A stretch of 64,000 nt of DNA from Octopus vulgaris (taxonomy: Eukaryota). The notes under the pieces are model-generated. The model did no database searches and was not told the origin of the DNA. It saw only the letters and a program-made list of their open reading frames with translations. Below are positions 52,843-64,000 of this stretch, one piece after another. The position numbers and the translations under genes are program-made. Where the stretch lies: assembly GCA_951406725.2 (NCBI GenBank), contig OX597819.1, positions 77,128,001 through 77,192,000 of the forward strand, in the 5' to 3' direction. Each line of letters starts with the position of its first letter. Positions within the stretch are counted from its first letter, which is position 1.

Positions 52843-53895
52843 GGGAAATGATGCTAGTATGTTCCACTGGATGTGCAATATCAATGTACAAGGAGGTGCT
52901 GAAAAGTTCCTGGCTGTGGGTAAAAGAAAATACAGGAGGATCAGTTAATCATGATTTTATTCAACATATTTTGTTTTTATTTAAAAAAAAAACATTTGAG
53001 CAAGGTTGTTGCCAGTGCCGCTGGACTGGCTCCTGTGCAGGTGGCACATTAAAAACACCATTTGAGCATGGCCGTTGCCAATACCATCTCACTGGCCCTC
53101 GTGCCAGTGGAACGTAAAAGCACCCACTACACACTTGGAGTGGTTGGCGTTAGGAAGGGCATCCAGCTGTAGAAACTCTGCCAAATCAAGATTGGAGCCC
53201 GGTGCAGCCATCTGGTTCGCCAGTCCTCAGTCAAATTGTCCAACCCATACTAGCATGGAAAGCGGACATTAAACAATGAACAATGATGATTCTCTTTTCA
53301 GATTCAAACATTTATTGCAGTGGTCCTTTAGTTTTTCTAAACCCTGTAAAAGAACTCTGAAGGTTGGGCCTCCAACTAGGCATTTTAAGATACCCTTAAA
53401 GCCAGGAACTTTTCATCATACCCTTGTACATGTGCACCAGAGTGCTGGTGTTTTGAGGGAAAAGTTGAGCATAAGAGGAATTAGATACAGTGTACAAGAG
53501 AGAAAACTGGGCTGGTTTAGTTAAGTGATGTGTATGGATGTAGATAGTTGCATACAGACGTGCCAATCATTTGAGGTGGATGGAACTTGTGGAAGAGGGA
53601 GACCACAAATTATTGAAGGCCAATCCCAAGACACTGAGCCTTATGAAGGGGATGACTAAGGACCAAAATATCTGGTACATTGCTGTGTTCAAGAAGGCCA
53701 ATCTGCCACAGCAGAATTAATAGTAGTTCACTCTGTGGAGCGGTTGGTATTAGGAAGGGCATCCAGCTGTAGAAACCATGTGAAAACAGACAATGGAACC
53801 TGGTGCAGCTCCTGGCTTTTACAAGCTCCAACCAAACTGTCCAACCCATGCCAGCACAGAAAATTAACGTTAAATGATGATGATGATGATGATGA
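52843..53895 (+). mobile_element. RTE LINE 3' remnant interrupted by a mariner MITE
   Basis: GNDASMFHWMCNINV | HVHQSAGVLREKLSIRGIRYSVQERKLGWFS*VMCMDVDSCIQTCQSFEVDGTCGRGRPQ, then the 3'UTR motif and (GAT)n tail. Confidence 0.85.
52889..53426 (-). mobile_element. mariner-derived MITE with TA target duplication, itself interrupted by an RTE-tail insertion (~52971-53290)
   Basis: 27-bp TIRs caaggaggtgctgaaaagttcctggct / agccaggaacttttcatcatacccttg (23/27 match); TA at 52887-52888 and 53427-53428. Minus strand reads LQGLEKLKDHCNKCLNLKRE|YVE-stop, a mariner transposase-like C-terminus. Confidence 0.85.
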
Positions 53896-54300
53896 AGACT
53901 AAAGTTCCCTCTATAATCTAATCAGTTCTGAGACTCATTACTAGTAACAGTAGAAAATATAATGTTATAGTTCACAACCCATGTCTTTCTGTACCATCAA
54001 AAAAATACTTTGATTGCCTATGTAAATTTAAAAGAGGATATTACAAAGTGTCTTCTTTATTGTCTACTGCCCCAAACAAGATTTGCTTTCAGAAATGTAA
54101 TTTAATGAAATTCGGATCAATTGTATTAAATTCAGTCTATGTACAGCAAACTATAGTTGCCAATACAGCTACTAGAAGATTTCCTGTTAAGTGAGTTTAC
54201 TAAGAATTTTGTTGCATTGTTAAGAAGCAATGTATCGATCTGTTGGCTCATAGCTTAGCACTTAGTCAAATTGCTCTGCTGCAACTCTTTTCTTGTCAAG

Positions 54301-54330
54301 TGATCATGATTTAGTCTTGTTATTTCATTG
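54301..54330 (+). CDS. Candidate 30-nt microexon, open only in phase 2 (DHDLVLLFH)
   Basis: Three TGC motifs at 54272-54282, acceptor ctcttttcttgtcaag, consensus donor TTG|gtaagt. Phase 0 and phase 1 readings contain stops. Confidence 0.33.
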
Positions 54331-54825
54331 GTAAGTGACTGACTGACAGTGTAGTTGGTTATTCAGAGGAGAAATAGATGGTAGTAGTTTCATATTGCTT
54401 TCTCAAGACCCATAGGTTGAGAGGAACTCTATACTGCAAGTTAATGAGACTTCCATCAGTTTTTACCATGCTGTTACATATAACACCTTTAACTCTTTTG
54501 TTACCTTATTTCTGTCACAATACACTATTTTCTTTCAATTCATTTAAAAAAATAAGGAAGAGTATAGTAAACTATGGAGATGTACTTGTATAGTAAGTGT
54601 TTTAATCTGACAATACGTGTTGAAACTAAAGTGATTACAGTATGGACAGTACAAAATTAGACATTAAGAAATATTTATTTGTGTCTTACTGAATGGCTAA
54701 CTTGTGTCTTCTTTGCTATGGTTACATGAGAGTTTAATTGAAAGTTTTTAACTTAGATCACTTTAAAATAGAAAGTGTTTGTGCCATAGAATCAGAAGGG
54801 CTAAATCTAAATGTGTCTGATTGTT

Positions 54826-55052
54826 TTAACCCTTTTGTTATTATATTTATTTTGAGATGCTCTGTTTCTAGCAATTACTTTAAATATAACAAAGAATTTA
54901 GTAAAATAACTTAGTTATCATTCAGCTAGTGTTAGGAACATAAATTGTGACTAAGGTTTGGTGGAAGATTCTAATTCAAAACTTATGAAAACAAAATATT
55001 TGTACTAAAGAGCCAGGGCCAGTTTCAGCTGGGCTGGTAATGAAAGGGTTAA
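54826..55052. mobile_element. piggyBac-like MITE
   Basis: TTAA-ccctttt...gaaaggg-TTAA. Confidence 0.8.
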
Positions 55053-55286
55053 AGTGGACTGTCTTGTTAAAGAAATGGTACAGTAGATATGACAAGATTT
55101 CAACTGCCAACCTCCCTGCTGTTAGCTAGTCTGATACACTCTATTTCTATTCTGTTTTCATGTAACATTGTTGAGGTACCTGAATTTCAGTTTAAAAATT
55201 CTTTTTTGTTTTTATCCACCTTTTTTACACCATTCAGTTCTGAGCTTTTTCTTATGCATTTAACCATCCTGGTATAGATTTAAATA

Positions 55287-55500
55287 TTGGTTTCAAATTT
55301 TGGCATGAGGCCAACAATTTCAGGAGATGGAGTAAGTCATTTACATCGACCCCAGTTCTCATCTGATACCTATTTTATCAACTCCAAAAGGTTGAAAGAC
55401 AGTCAACTTCAGTGGGATTTGAACTCAGAACGTAAAGACAAACAAAATGCTGCTAAGTATTTTACCCAGCATGCTAACGATTCTGCCAGCTTGCCTCCTT
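55287..55500 (-). mobile_element. SINE family B
   Basis: Ends gctaacgattctgccagcttgcctcc, the reverse complement of the family head. Confidence 0.8.
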
Positions 55501-55557
55501 GGCATAGAATTAAATGTTGGTGTAACTTTCCATTCAGATCTTGCTTTGGGTTTTGTA

Positions 55558-55908
55558 GAGTGGTTCTCAACTGGGGTCCATATGGCCCCTGAAGGTCTAT
55601 ATAAGATTTTTGAGGTTCTTACAGCAAAATAGTAAATTGGGGATCCATGATGATATTTTAAGGGCCCCTGAAAAAATTTTGCTTTAGATGTATCTATAGG
55701 TATGTATTGCAAGAAACAGCTAAGTTTCTTTCTCCAACATTTTACATAGTTTAGCTTACACAAATGAATGAGTGAAAAACAAAATAGGAATTTTGAAAGA
55801 ATTGTTTCTATAAAACTAGTTTTTAAACACTGAATGGCTACGGGAGACCCACCAAAATAAACTAGCGATCAAAAGGGACCATAGATGAAAAATGGTTGAG
55901 AGCTCCCG
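55558..55908. mobile_element. hAT-like MITE related to 8351-8661
   Basis: gagtggttctcaactggggtccatat ... aaaaatggttgagagctcccg. Confidence 0.7.
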
Positions 55909-56117
55909 TCCTAGTAGCACCCATCTCCTCTCTAGAATAAGGACGTTGTTGGTTCTCAGAATATTCATTTTCTTTCCACAGGTTTTGTTTCATAACCCTT
56001 TTGAGTGTCTATCCTTGTTCCTCACTGGGCAAGTTCAATAGGGGGCTGGTTTAGTCTCTGACCACTGCACCACAAAAAACCAATAGTATGGCAGTACATG
56101 ATTGCGTATGGCTTGTG

Positions 56118-56432
56118 AAGGCACATGGTTTAGTTGTTAGGGTATTCAGCACATGATTGTAGGGTCACGAGTTCAATTTCCGGTGGCGCATTGCGTCCTT
56201 GAGCAAGACACTTTATTTCATAGTGCTCCAGTCCACTCAGTTGGCAAAAAATGAGTAATACCTGTATTTCAAGGGGCCAGCCTTGTCACACACTGTGTCA
56301 TGCTGAATCTCCCTGAGAAGTATGTGAGTGTCTGTGGCATGCTCAGCCACTTGCACATTAATCTCACAAGCAAACTCTTCCATTGGTCAGATCAAATGGA
56401 GCCCTCGATGTCATAAATGACATAGTGCCAGT
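56118..56432 (+). mobile_element. SINE with a family C head and a different 3' half
   Basis: catggtttagttgttagg...gagttcaatttcc...gtccttgagcaagacactttatttca; the tail matches the fragment at 25703-25800. Confidence 0.7.
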
Positions 56433-56644
56433 TACATGGTTGCCAGTAGCAGGTTTCTATCAGCCTGTGGTTAAATTACTCTTGACCTGACATGGATGCA
56501 CACTGGGTGTTATTTCTTTTTTGATCAGTTTCTGTTATTTCCTGTCAAATATCAGTGGTCAGCTGTAACTGACAGTTGATATAACTGGAGCTTTTAGGTG
56601 CTGATTAAACACTTCATGGTGGCAAAATTGACCTTAGATATAGT

Positions 56645-57043
56645 TTATTCTTTTATTCTTTTACTTGTTTCAATCATTTGACTGCAGCCATGCTGGAGCA
56701 CCGCATTGAAGTGTTTTAGTCAAACAAATTGACCCAGGACTTTATTTTTTAAATTCTAGTATTTATTTTATCAGTCACTTTTGCTGAACCTTTAAAGGGA
56801 TGTAAACACACCAACAACGGTTGTCACACAGTGATAGCGGTACAAAACAGACACAAAGGCACACTCACATAGGCATATACAATGGGCTTCTTTCAGTGTC
56901 TGTCTACCAAATCCACTCACAATGCTTTGGTTAGCCCAAGGTTATAGTAGAAGTCACTTGCCCAAGATGTCATATGGTGGGACTGAACCCACAACCATGT
57001 GGTTGGGAAGCAAGCTTCTTACCACACAGTCACTCCTGTGCCT
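56645..57043 (-). mobile_element. SINE family A, full length
   Basis: Runs from tail ttcttttattcttttacttgtttc to head cttaccacacagtcactcctg. Confidence 0.85.
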
Positions 57044-58635
57044 ATCTTAGCACATCTGTACTTTTGTTATCACTTGTTCCTGTCTAAAACTGTCTCTTAT
57101 TCTATGAACTCTTCAGGAATGTGACTTTGGTAAGACTTGAATTCATAGCTACAAAATGATCAGTTGCTTGCCACTTATAACTTTTAATCCAGCATGATTA
57201 CAATACAATTACAGTAGTAGACTGGCAAAATCTGTTGAGCAGCAGAAGAGCTAAGTTCAAAAATATAGCTCCTTAAATTCAAGGTTCAAATGTTGTCAAG
57301 GTTGACTTTAACCGCTCATATATGAACAGGAAGTACTAGATTAGTATCTTGATGGATAGGAGTATAAATTTAGCTGTCAAAAATTCAAATTCCTCTTGTA
57401 ATGTCTACACTAAACACATTGGTAACACATGCCAACATTACTTCATCCTGAAGGGGAGACCAAGAGGGAATTAGAAATGTTGATAATGGATTTTGGAACT
57501 TCACCATTCGAAATATACTGGATGGAACTTGTACAATAATATGGAAAAAGAAATAAAATAAAACTTCTGAAAAACAGTAACACTTGAAAACAGCCATTGT
57601 TTACACACACACACACAAACGAGATAGAGAGAAATGAGTTTATTTAGACTCATATTTTTGTGAGAACAGGAACTTTTTATTGCTTCATTGTAGTTATAAT
57701 TGTAAGACATAATAAAGCTTCAGTGTTTATGAGTGTTAATCATAGAAATCTATTTACTCCTCTTGTTTATGGTGTATATATTTGCTCAATTCAGGTTTGT
57801 TCACTAAAAATTCTGATGTATTTAATGTATTAACCTCTTTATTAACCAGCTTAAACAAATATTAATATGAGACTAGTCATTTTATTACAATTGTTCATAG
57901 CATTATATTAATAATTCATAATACAGTTTTAATCATTTATAATATTAGTGCAATCATAATATAGTAATTGTATGGATGTATTCATATCTATATTATCTAA
58001 GGATATATTATTAAAGGTAAGGTTTGCTCTCGGCAAACTAAGTCCATTATAGAATTTCTCTTCCCCGCTTTAATAATTTCATTCTGTATATGTTTATTCA
58101 TGCCCTTAGGAAAAAGCATAATATCACATCTTTCTCTTTATAAATTTCTAATATTTTTCCTAATGATTGTCTGTTGATCAAAGGAAGTTGGTTCTGCAAT
58201 TTCTTGCCAAACGACCACACTCACAGATACACATAGGCTCACTCCCTGCATGTCAGATGTTGAAGAATACAGTGCACCACCCAGTCTGTCTGGGAATCAA
58301 ACTCATGGTCCCATGATTGTGAGTGCAACACCCTATCCACTATTTCATGCTCATATTTCTCCTACATATGTAATGAAGCACGAAGAAGTGTCTTTACTAG
58401 CTTTTAAGGTCTTATGATATTTAATTCATCAAGCTTCAAAAAATGTGTAAAGTTACATCACTGTATGAAGTAGATACCGATATACACTTCTACATTTTAT
58501 TATAAAGTAAGTACCGCTCAAGTTTTGGGTTCAATATTGCCAATCATACTTCTCTTCCCACAAAGTTATGGTCTTGTGCCTATGTTACCATTCTTATTTT
58601 CCCTCCATATTTCAGCTGTTGCATGCTATTTTTAG

Positions 58636-58806
58636 GTTCTATATCACACTATTTTGAAGAATGTGATGCCAGCTGTTTTCTGGATGAGACAAATGTCTCG
58701 GTACATTCTGGGACACCCTACTCAAATATGATTCCTCTTATCGAAAGACAGAATTTTGGCAGTTCTACATCTGCAAGCAATGAACCCATACGACACCGTA
58801 TGTCAG
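58636..58806 (+). CDS. NCX: Candidate 171-nt NCX cassette exon, phase 1 to 1 (alternative acceptor gives 58616-58806, phase 2 to 1)
   Basis: Acceptor tatttttag at 58634-58635, donor CAG|gtcagt. Open frame GSISHYFEECDASCFLDETNVSVHSGTPYSNMIPLIERQNFGSSTSASNEPIRHRMS. Non-repetitive, GC-richer than its flanks, and in the phase required after the 11612-11709 exon. Confidence 0.55.
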
Positions 58807-60096
58807 GTCAGTCATAACTGTCACAAAAGCAGTCACCAGTATTGTAGATTTTTAGGAATGAAACCTCCACCATTTTCGTGTGTTCCAAGCGTCTTGCACT
58901 ATTGAGAAGTAATGCGTTAGCCCAACAGGTTGAAAAAAAAAATATATATATAGCTTTTATAATAAAATGAATGAACAAATTATGTAGAACTTTATTGCTC
59001 CTTACTTAATTTGAAATGACTCGGCCTTATCTGTGTGTTTTGCTTAAGTGGGCCCCACATAGAAGTCAATTTTTCAGCACCTAGCAATATATGTGTGTTT
59101 CTATAATGTAAATGGTATGCATTTGAGAGCTCTTTATGCCCTCACCATCACCTGGCTTTTTAAATTTTTTTTGCTAGACTTGCGAGTGCCCTTCTAATTT
59201 ATACTACTAATACCCCCTCCAGTTCTGTTATTTAATACCGACCCTTTCAGCAAGATACTCCTATAGCATATGAGTGTCTAAATCTATAATCTTAGTAATA
59301 GTAAAGCTTTCAAGTAACCACTCCTTGCCTACTCTGCTGTGTACATAGTATAGTCAGTATGCAAATCAATTATATTCTGTTTCATGTAATATTTTATATA
59401 CTTGTATTTATATTTTAATTGATTACTCACCCCTTTTATAATTCTAGCTATCTTCTTCACTTAACCTAACTATCGTTCCCATATAAAAGCAAAGCTATCT
59501 CCTCTCATTAACGATGTTGATATCTGAAACTGCATCGTTTTTTTTTTTTGTTTTTTTTTTATGTCTAGCAAGTATTTTATTAACTTGGTTTATCAGTTTA
59601 TTTTACTGTGTTAGAAATAATTGTTTTACTTTGATATCCAGGTGTTGATACACTCTCACACACACACAAATTTAGGTTTAACTTAATGAAATATGATTAA
59701 ATAGTTTCTTTTATCTAAAAGGTTTATGAATATTTTTTTTAACTTAATGTAACTTAATATTTTATGTTTGTTACATACACACCATGACTCATGTCAGTCC
59801 TTCAAAATGCGTTTATACTGTTACACTCACTGTTCTTCTATTTTGTGATAGTACCAGGTTGTTCATGTATAATTGCTTTTAATCATCGTCATAGTCATCA
59901 TCATTATGAACATTGTCATCATCATTGACATCATCGTTGTCAGTCACTGGACATTAGTGATTCAGTCCTAGGACTCATAGAAACCTGCTATTTGGTTTCC
60001 ACTACATATAAGTGAGCTCAATCACAGTATTCACCTTGAATGGGATTCCAGTGTTTCACAGGGTTACTCATTAAGAGCAGAGTGGATTGCAGCACC

Positions 60097-60358
60097 ATCA
60101 TCATCATCATCATTGTTTAACGTCTGCTTTCCATGCTAGCATGGGTTGGACAATTTGACTGAGGTCTGGCTGCACCAGATTCCAATCTAATCTGGCAGAG
60201 TTTTTACAGCTGGATGCCCTTCCTAACGCCAACCACTCCGAGAGTGTAGTGGGTGCTTTCACGTGCCACCAGCACAAGGGCCAGTCAGGCGGTACTGGCA
60301 ACAGCCATGCTCAAATGGTGCTTTTTATGTGCCACCTGCACAGGAGCCAGTCCAGCGC
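60097..60358 (-). mobile_element. RTE-type 3'UTR fragment nested in a minus-strand SINE
   Basis: (CAT)n followed by gtttaacgtctgctttccatgctagc; host sequence resembling 34885-35110 lies on both sides. Confidence 0.75.
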
Positions 60359-61739
60359 ACCATGAAATGAAATGTTTTTTCTCCAAAACAAAATACACCA
60401 CCCTGTCTGGTAATTGAAACCACAACCTTGCTATTTTGAATGCAATACCCTAACCACTAGGTCATACACTTTCACTTATTCAGATAAACAAACTACAAAA
60501 TGGTTATCAGTTTATAAGGAACCATGAATACATAGTTTCTTTTAAATTGCATCTTTCTTGAAACATTTGATTTTTGAAATGGTGTAAGTTCCATGTAGAT
60601 AATACTGAAACTGCAGTCTTAGAAGACAGCATCGTTGAAAACTGCACTTTTTGTCATCTGCTTGATGTCTCATCTACCTTGGAAGCTCTTACCTATTATT
60701 TTTATCAACTATGTTGTGGAAGAACCACTTAATAACACAAAGCTATTAAATTTGCTTTAAATTTATCCCATGAGATATCAAACTTTTCATCACTTAATTG
60801 CTATGTCATCACTAACACAGTTCCTCTATCAATGTTGGAACTTTACCAGTGACCAGGTTGCAGTCGTGCAAGGAAAATAATTGAATAGATAAATTTGAAG
60901 TGAATTCAACAGCCTTATGTGTTAGTAAATGGCATCATTATTTCTTGGTTTGACACCTGGTTTCAGATCAAGTAACTTGTAAGACAAGCACAACTCTGAA
61001 ATTATTTTTATGTTTATGTCACGAAATGAAAGCGCTACTAAATCACTGAGAATTGTTCATGATAATCTATTGGTCCATTTTTATTTGAGTTATTCTTTCT
61101 GTTGAAAATGTATTGAAAGAATACCATATATAAGAAATGCTTTAACTCCTTAGCTTTCAGATTATTCTGTGCAGAGTAATACTTATTTATTCACATTGTT
61201 ATGAATTAATCATGCATTATATCTTAGTTTTAAGATTTCGATGAGGTAACTGTTAATTTTTAGAATAATATTATAGGGTTGGTGTTAGAAACCAGATCTG
61301 GCCTGTTTGAACATAAGCTAGGTAGAATATTTTGGCCAGATAAGGCAGGTTTAAATGCTAAAGAATTAGACAATGTAAGCAGGCACAGTATTCTCTTTGT
61401 AACATTATACGTTAATATTTTTAATCATTAGCAGGATAAAATATTTTCCTGAGATACCAGCATAAATAGAAAAAAAGTTATCAACTGGCACCCATGCCAG
61501 TGACACGTAAGAAGCACTCATTACACTCTTGGAGTGATTAGTGTTAGGAAGGGCATCCAGCCATAGAAACCATGCCAAATCAGACTGGAGTCCAGTACAA
61601 CTCCTCAGTCCTGGTCAAACCATCCAACCCATACCACTATGGACAACTGCCTTTAAATGATGATGATGATGGTGGTGATGATGAATGTTATTCTGCTTCA
61701 GTAGAACTATGATGATAACACTAAACAATTCCAAGCTAT

Positions 61740-62260
61740 CCATCTATTAGTTTTCTCTACCCACCATTCCTGGGAGAGTCATGAGAGTAGAATTCTCAGC
61801 GCTTCTTCCATTGGTCCTATCAGAATCAGCTGGATTCCCAAGTTTAACCAACAGAGACTATGAATATTATCCAACCATGTTATTTGTGGTCTACCCTAAG
61901 TCTCTTGTTAGTTGACTTGTCTTGAAGAATTCTTCTTGTGATTCTTTCTTGCAACATTCTGGTCACATGTCGTAATACTGGAGCTGTGACCTCTCAATGC
62001 ATAGAAGTAGTGGCTTAACCCAGAGAAACTCTCTGAGCTTTTCACTCCAAGAGAATCTCATGACTATACTTACTTAATCAATCCCCAATATTCATGAGGA
62101 TAAACATGAAACTGCTTTCCTTACCAACCTCTCTCTCTCTCTCCTCTTCTAAGAATTGGATGTTGAAGTTGGCACAGTACTGTGTCAGCACAATTGAGCT
62201 TCCTGCCACACATCACTTATGAATATGGCCCCAAGATATTTAAACTTCTCCGTGTGCCGC
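61740..62260 (-). mobile_element. Decayed RTE LINE ORF2 fragments (second family)
   Basis: Minus strand gives EKFKYLG, PLLLCIERSQLQY and GRPQITWLDNIHSL with frameshifts. Confidence 0.65.
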
Positions 62261-62937
62261 AAACAAGATGGGCAATGATTTAGATCTTAGTATTCTCATT
62301 TGAAATTGTATCATATTATGTTTAATTTTTAATATCTGAAATCTGATGGTGATTTTGCTGATATTTATTTCATGTCCAATATCTTAGGTACCACCCGTTT
62401 TGTAGCTGGTTTACATCTGTTAGCATATCAAGCAGCCAAATTAACTGCATAACACCTGAAATAACACGCGCTCTTGCATGACTGTAATCATACAGTTTAA
62501 ACTAATTGAAAATGCTAAAAGAATTAAGATAATGCAATGTAATTAAAATAAATGTTTTAACACCTTGAGTGAAGGATAACATGCTTCATTTGAATCTTAA
62601 CTTGGTTTATATATCAAACTGAGGTGGAAAATCACGATGACAACTATTACTATTGGAAAAGAAAACAACATCAAAAATTATATAAATAAAACTTATTCGT
62701 GAGTCAGATAAATCATTATCAAATGATACATGTCGTTGTACTGTATTTTTGTTAGATATCTCAGAGCTTCATTGCCAAAAGCATCTAGATCATGTGCATA
62801 GTTGTGCAATCAAACTTTGTCTTTTCTTTTTAATATTGAACAAAAGGTAAATCATTAGTATTGTGGGAAAAATGCTTAGCAGCATTTTGTCCATCTTTAC
62901 ATTTTGAGTTCAATGCACACACACACTCACACACTGC

Positions 62938-63335
62938 ATTGGGTAAGTATCTTCCACTATAGCCTTGGGGCAACCAAAGCCTTGTGTGTGGGTTTGGTAG
63001 ATGGAAATTGAAAGAAGCCTGTCATCATCATCATCATCATCATCATCGTTTAACGTCCGTTCTCCATGCTAGCATGGGTTGGACGGTTCGACTGGGGATC
63101 TGGGAAGCCAGAAGGCTGCACCAGGCTCCAGTCTTATCTGGCAATGTTTCTACAGCTGGATGCCCTTCCTAACGCCAACCACTCCGTGAGTGTAGTGGGT
63201 GCTTTTTACGTGCCACCTGCACAGGTGCCAGGCAAGGCTGGCAACGGCCACGGTCGGATTGGTGTATTTTATGTGCCACCGGCACGGAAGCCAGTCGAGG
63301 CGGTGCTGGCATCAGCCACGAGTCGGCCACGAGTC

Positions 63336-63373
<38 letters not shown>

Positions 63374-63605
63374 TTATGTGAGTGTGTCTTTATGCCTGTG
63401 TTTGTCCCCCCCACCATCACTTGATAACCAATGTTGGTGTATTTATGTCCCCATAACTTAGCAGTTTGGCAAAAGAGTCCAATAGAATAAGTACTAGGCT
63501 TACAAAGAATAAGTCTCGGGGTTGATTTCTTCGACTAAAGAAAAGACCCTATAAGATTGTGCTCCAGCATGGCTGCAGTCAAATGACTGAAACAACTAAA
63601 AGAGT
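62938..63605 (+). mobile_element. SINE family A interrupted by a minus-strand RTE 3'UTR fragment (63023-63330)
   Basis: Family A stops at gaaagaagcctgtc and resumes at its central microsatellite near 63335. Confidence 0.8.
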
Positions 63606-64000
63606 AAAAAAAATATGTATTTATGATGGGCTTCTTTCAGTTTTCATCTACCAAATCTACTCACAAAGCTTTGGTCAGCCCAGAGTTACTGTGGGATACA
63701 TTTACCCAACATGCCACTCAGTGGGGTTGAACCTGGAGCAATGCAGTTAGAAAGCAAACTTCTTAACCTCACACCCATGCCTAAATATATATAAATGTGT
63801 GTATTCACCAGAGAAATCGTCTTTCACACTGACAAAGTTTTGTCTGGTTAATATCAGACCAACGCTTGACATGCAAATGCCATGCAGATTTACAAATAAT
63901 TTAATACAACTATATTCTTTGTGGTCTGCTACATAATAAGTTTAAAATTTTAGTCTTCATTGTCGTCTCTTCAGAAGTACTTACTGGGTTTGCTTCCTCT

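Noticed and set aside
60600-60625. gaaactgcagtc, resembling the 3' half of a hammerhead (similar traces near 59520 and 28600)
   Set aside because: No intact CUGANGA box or closing stems; too decayed to call.

Overview
AT-rich eukaryotic DNA, dense in repeats and microsatellites. The SINE, RTE and MITE content and the (TA)n/(CA)n load suggest a coleoid cephalopod, probably Octopus (inference, not checked). The window lies inside one large + strand gene, a Na+/Ca2+ exchanger (NCX/SLC8). The one confidently recognised exon is 11612-11709 (KFLRVRVFDDEEYEKNETFFIWLDEPFLVKKP), the counterpart of vertebrate NCX1 exon A in Ca2+-binding domain 2. I found no flanking constitutive exon, so the rest is read as intron. 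The >52 kb downstream holds several candidate cassette exons/microexons whose phases fit the NCX frame: 41446-41466, 47791-47808/47818, 54301-54330, 58616/58636-58806 and 32289-32435. The remainder is tRNA-derived SINEs, RTE LINE remnants, Helitron, hAT, piggyBac and mariner non-autonomous elements, Penelope-like fold-backs with decayed hammerhead motifs, and two large TA/TG arrays. Nearly all ORFs in the supplied track are repeat artefacts. Transposon boundaries were read by eye and are approximate.
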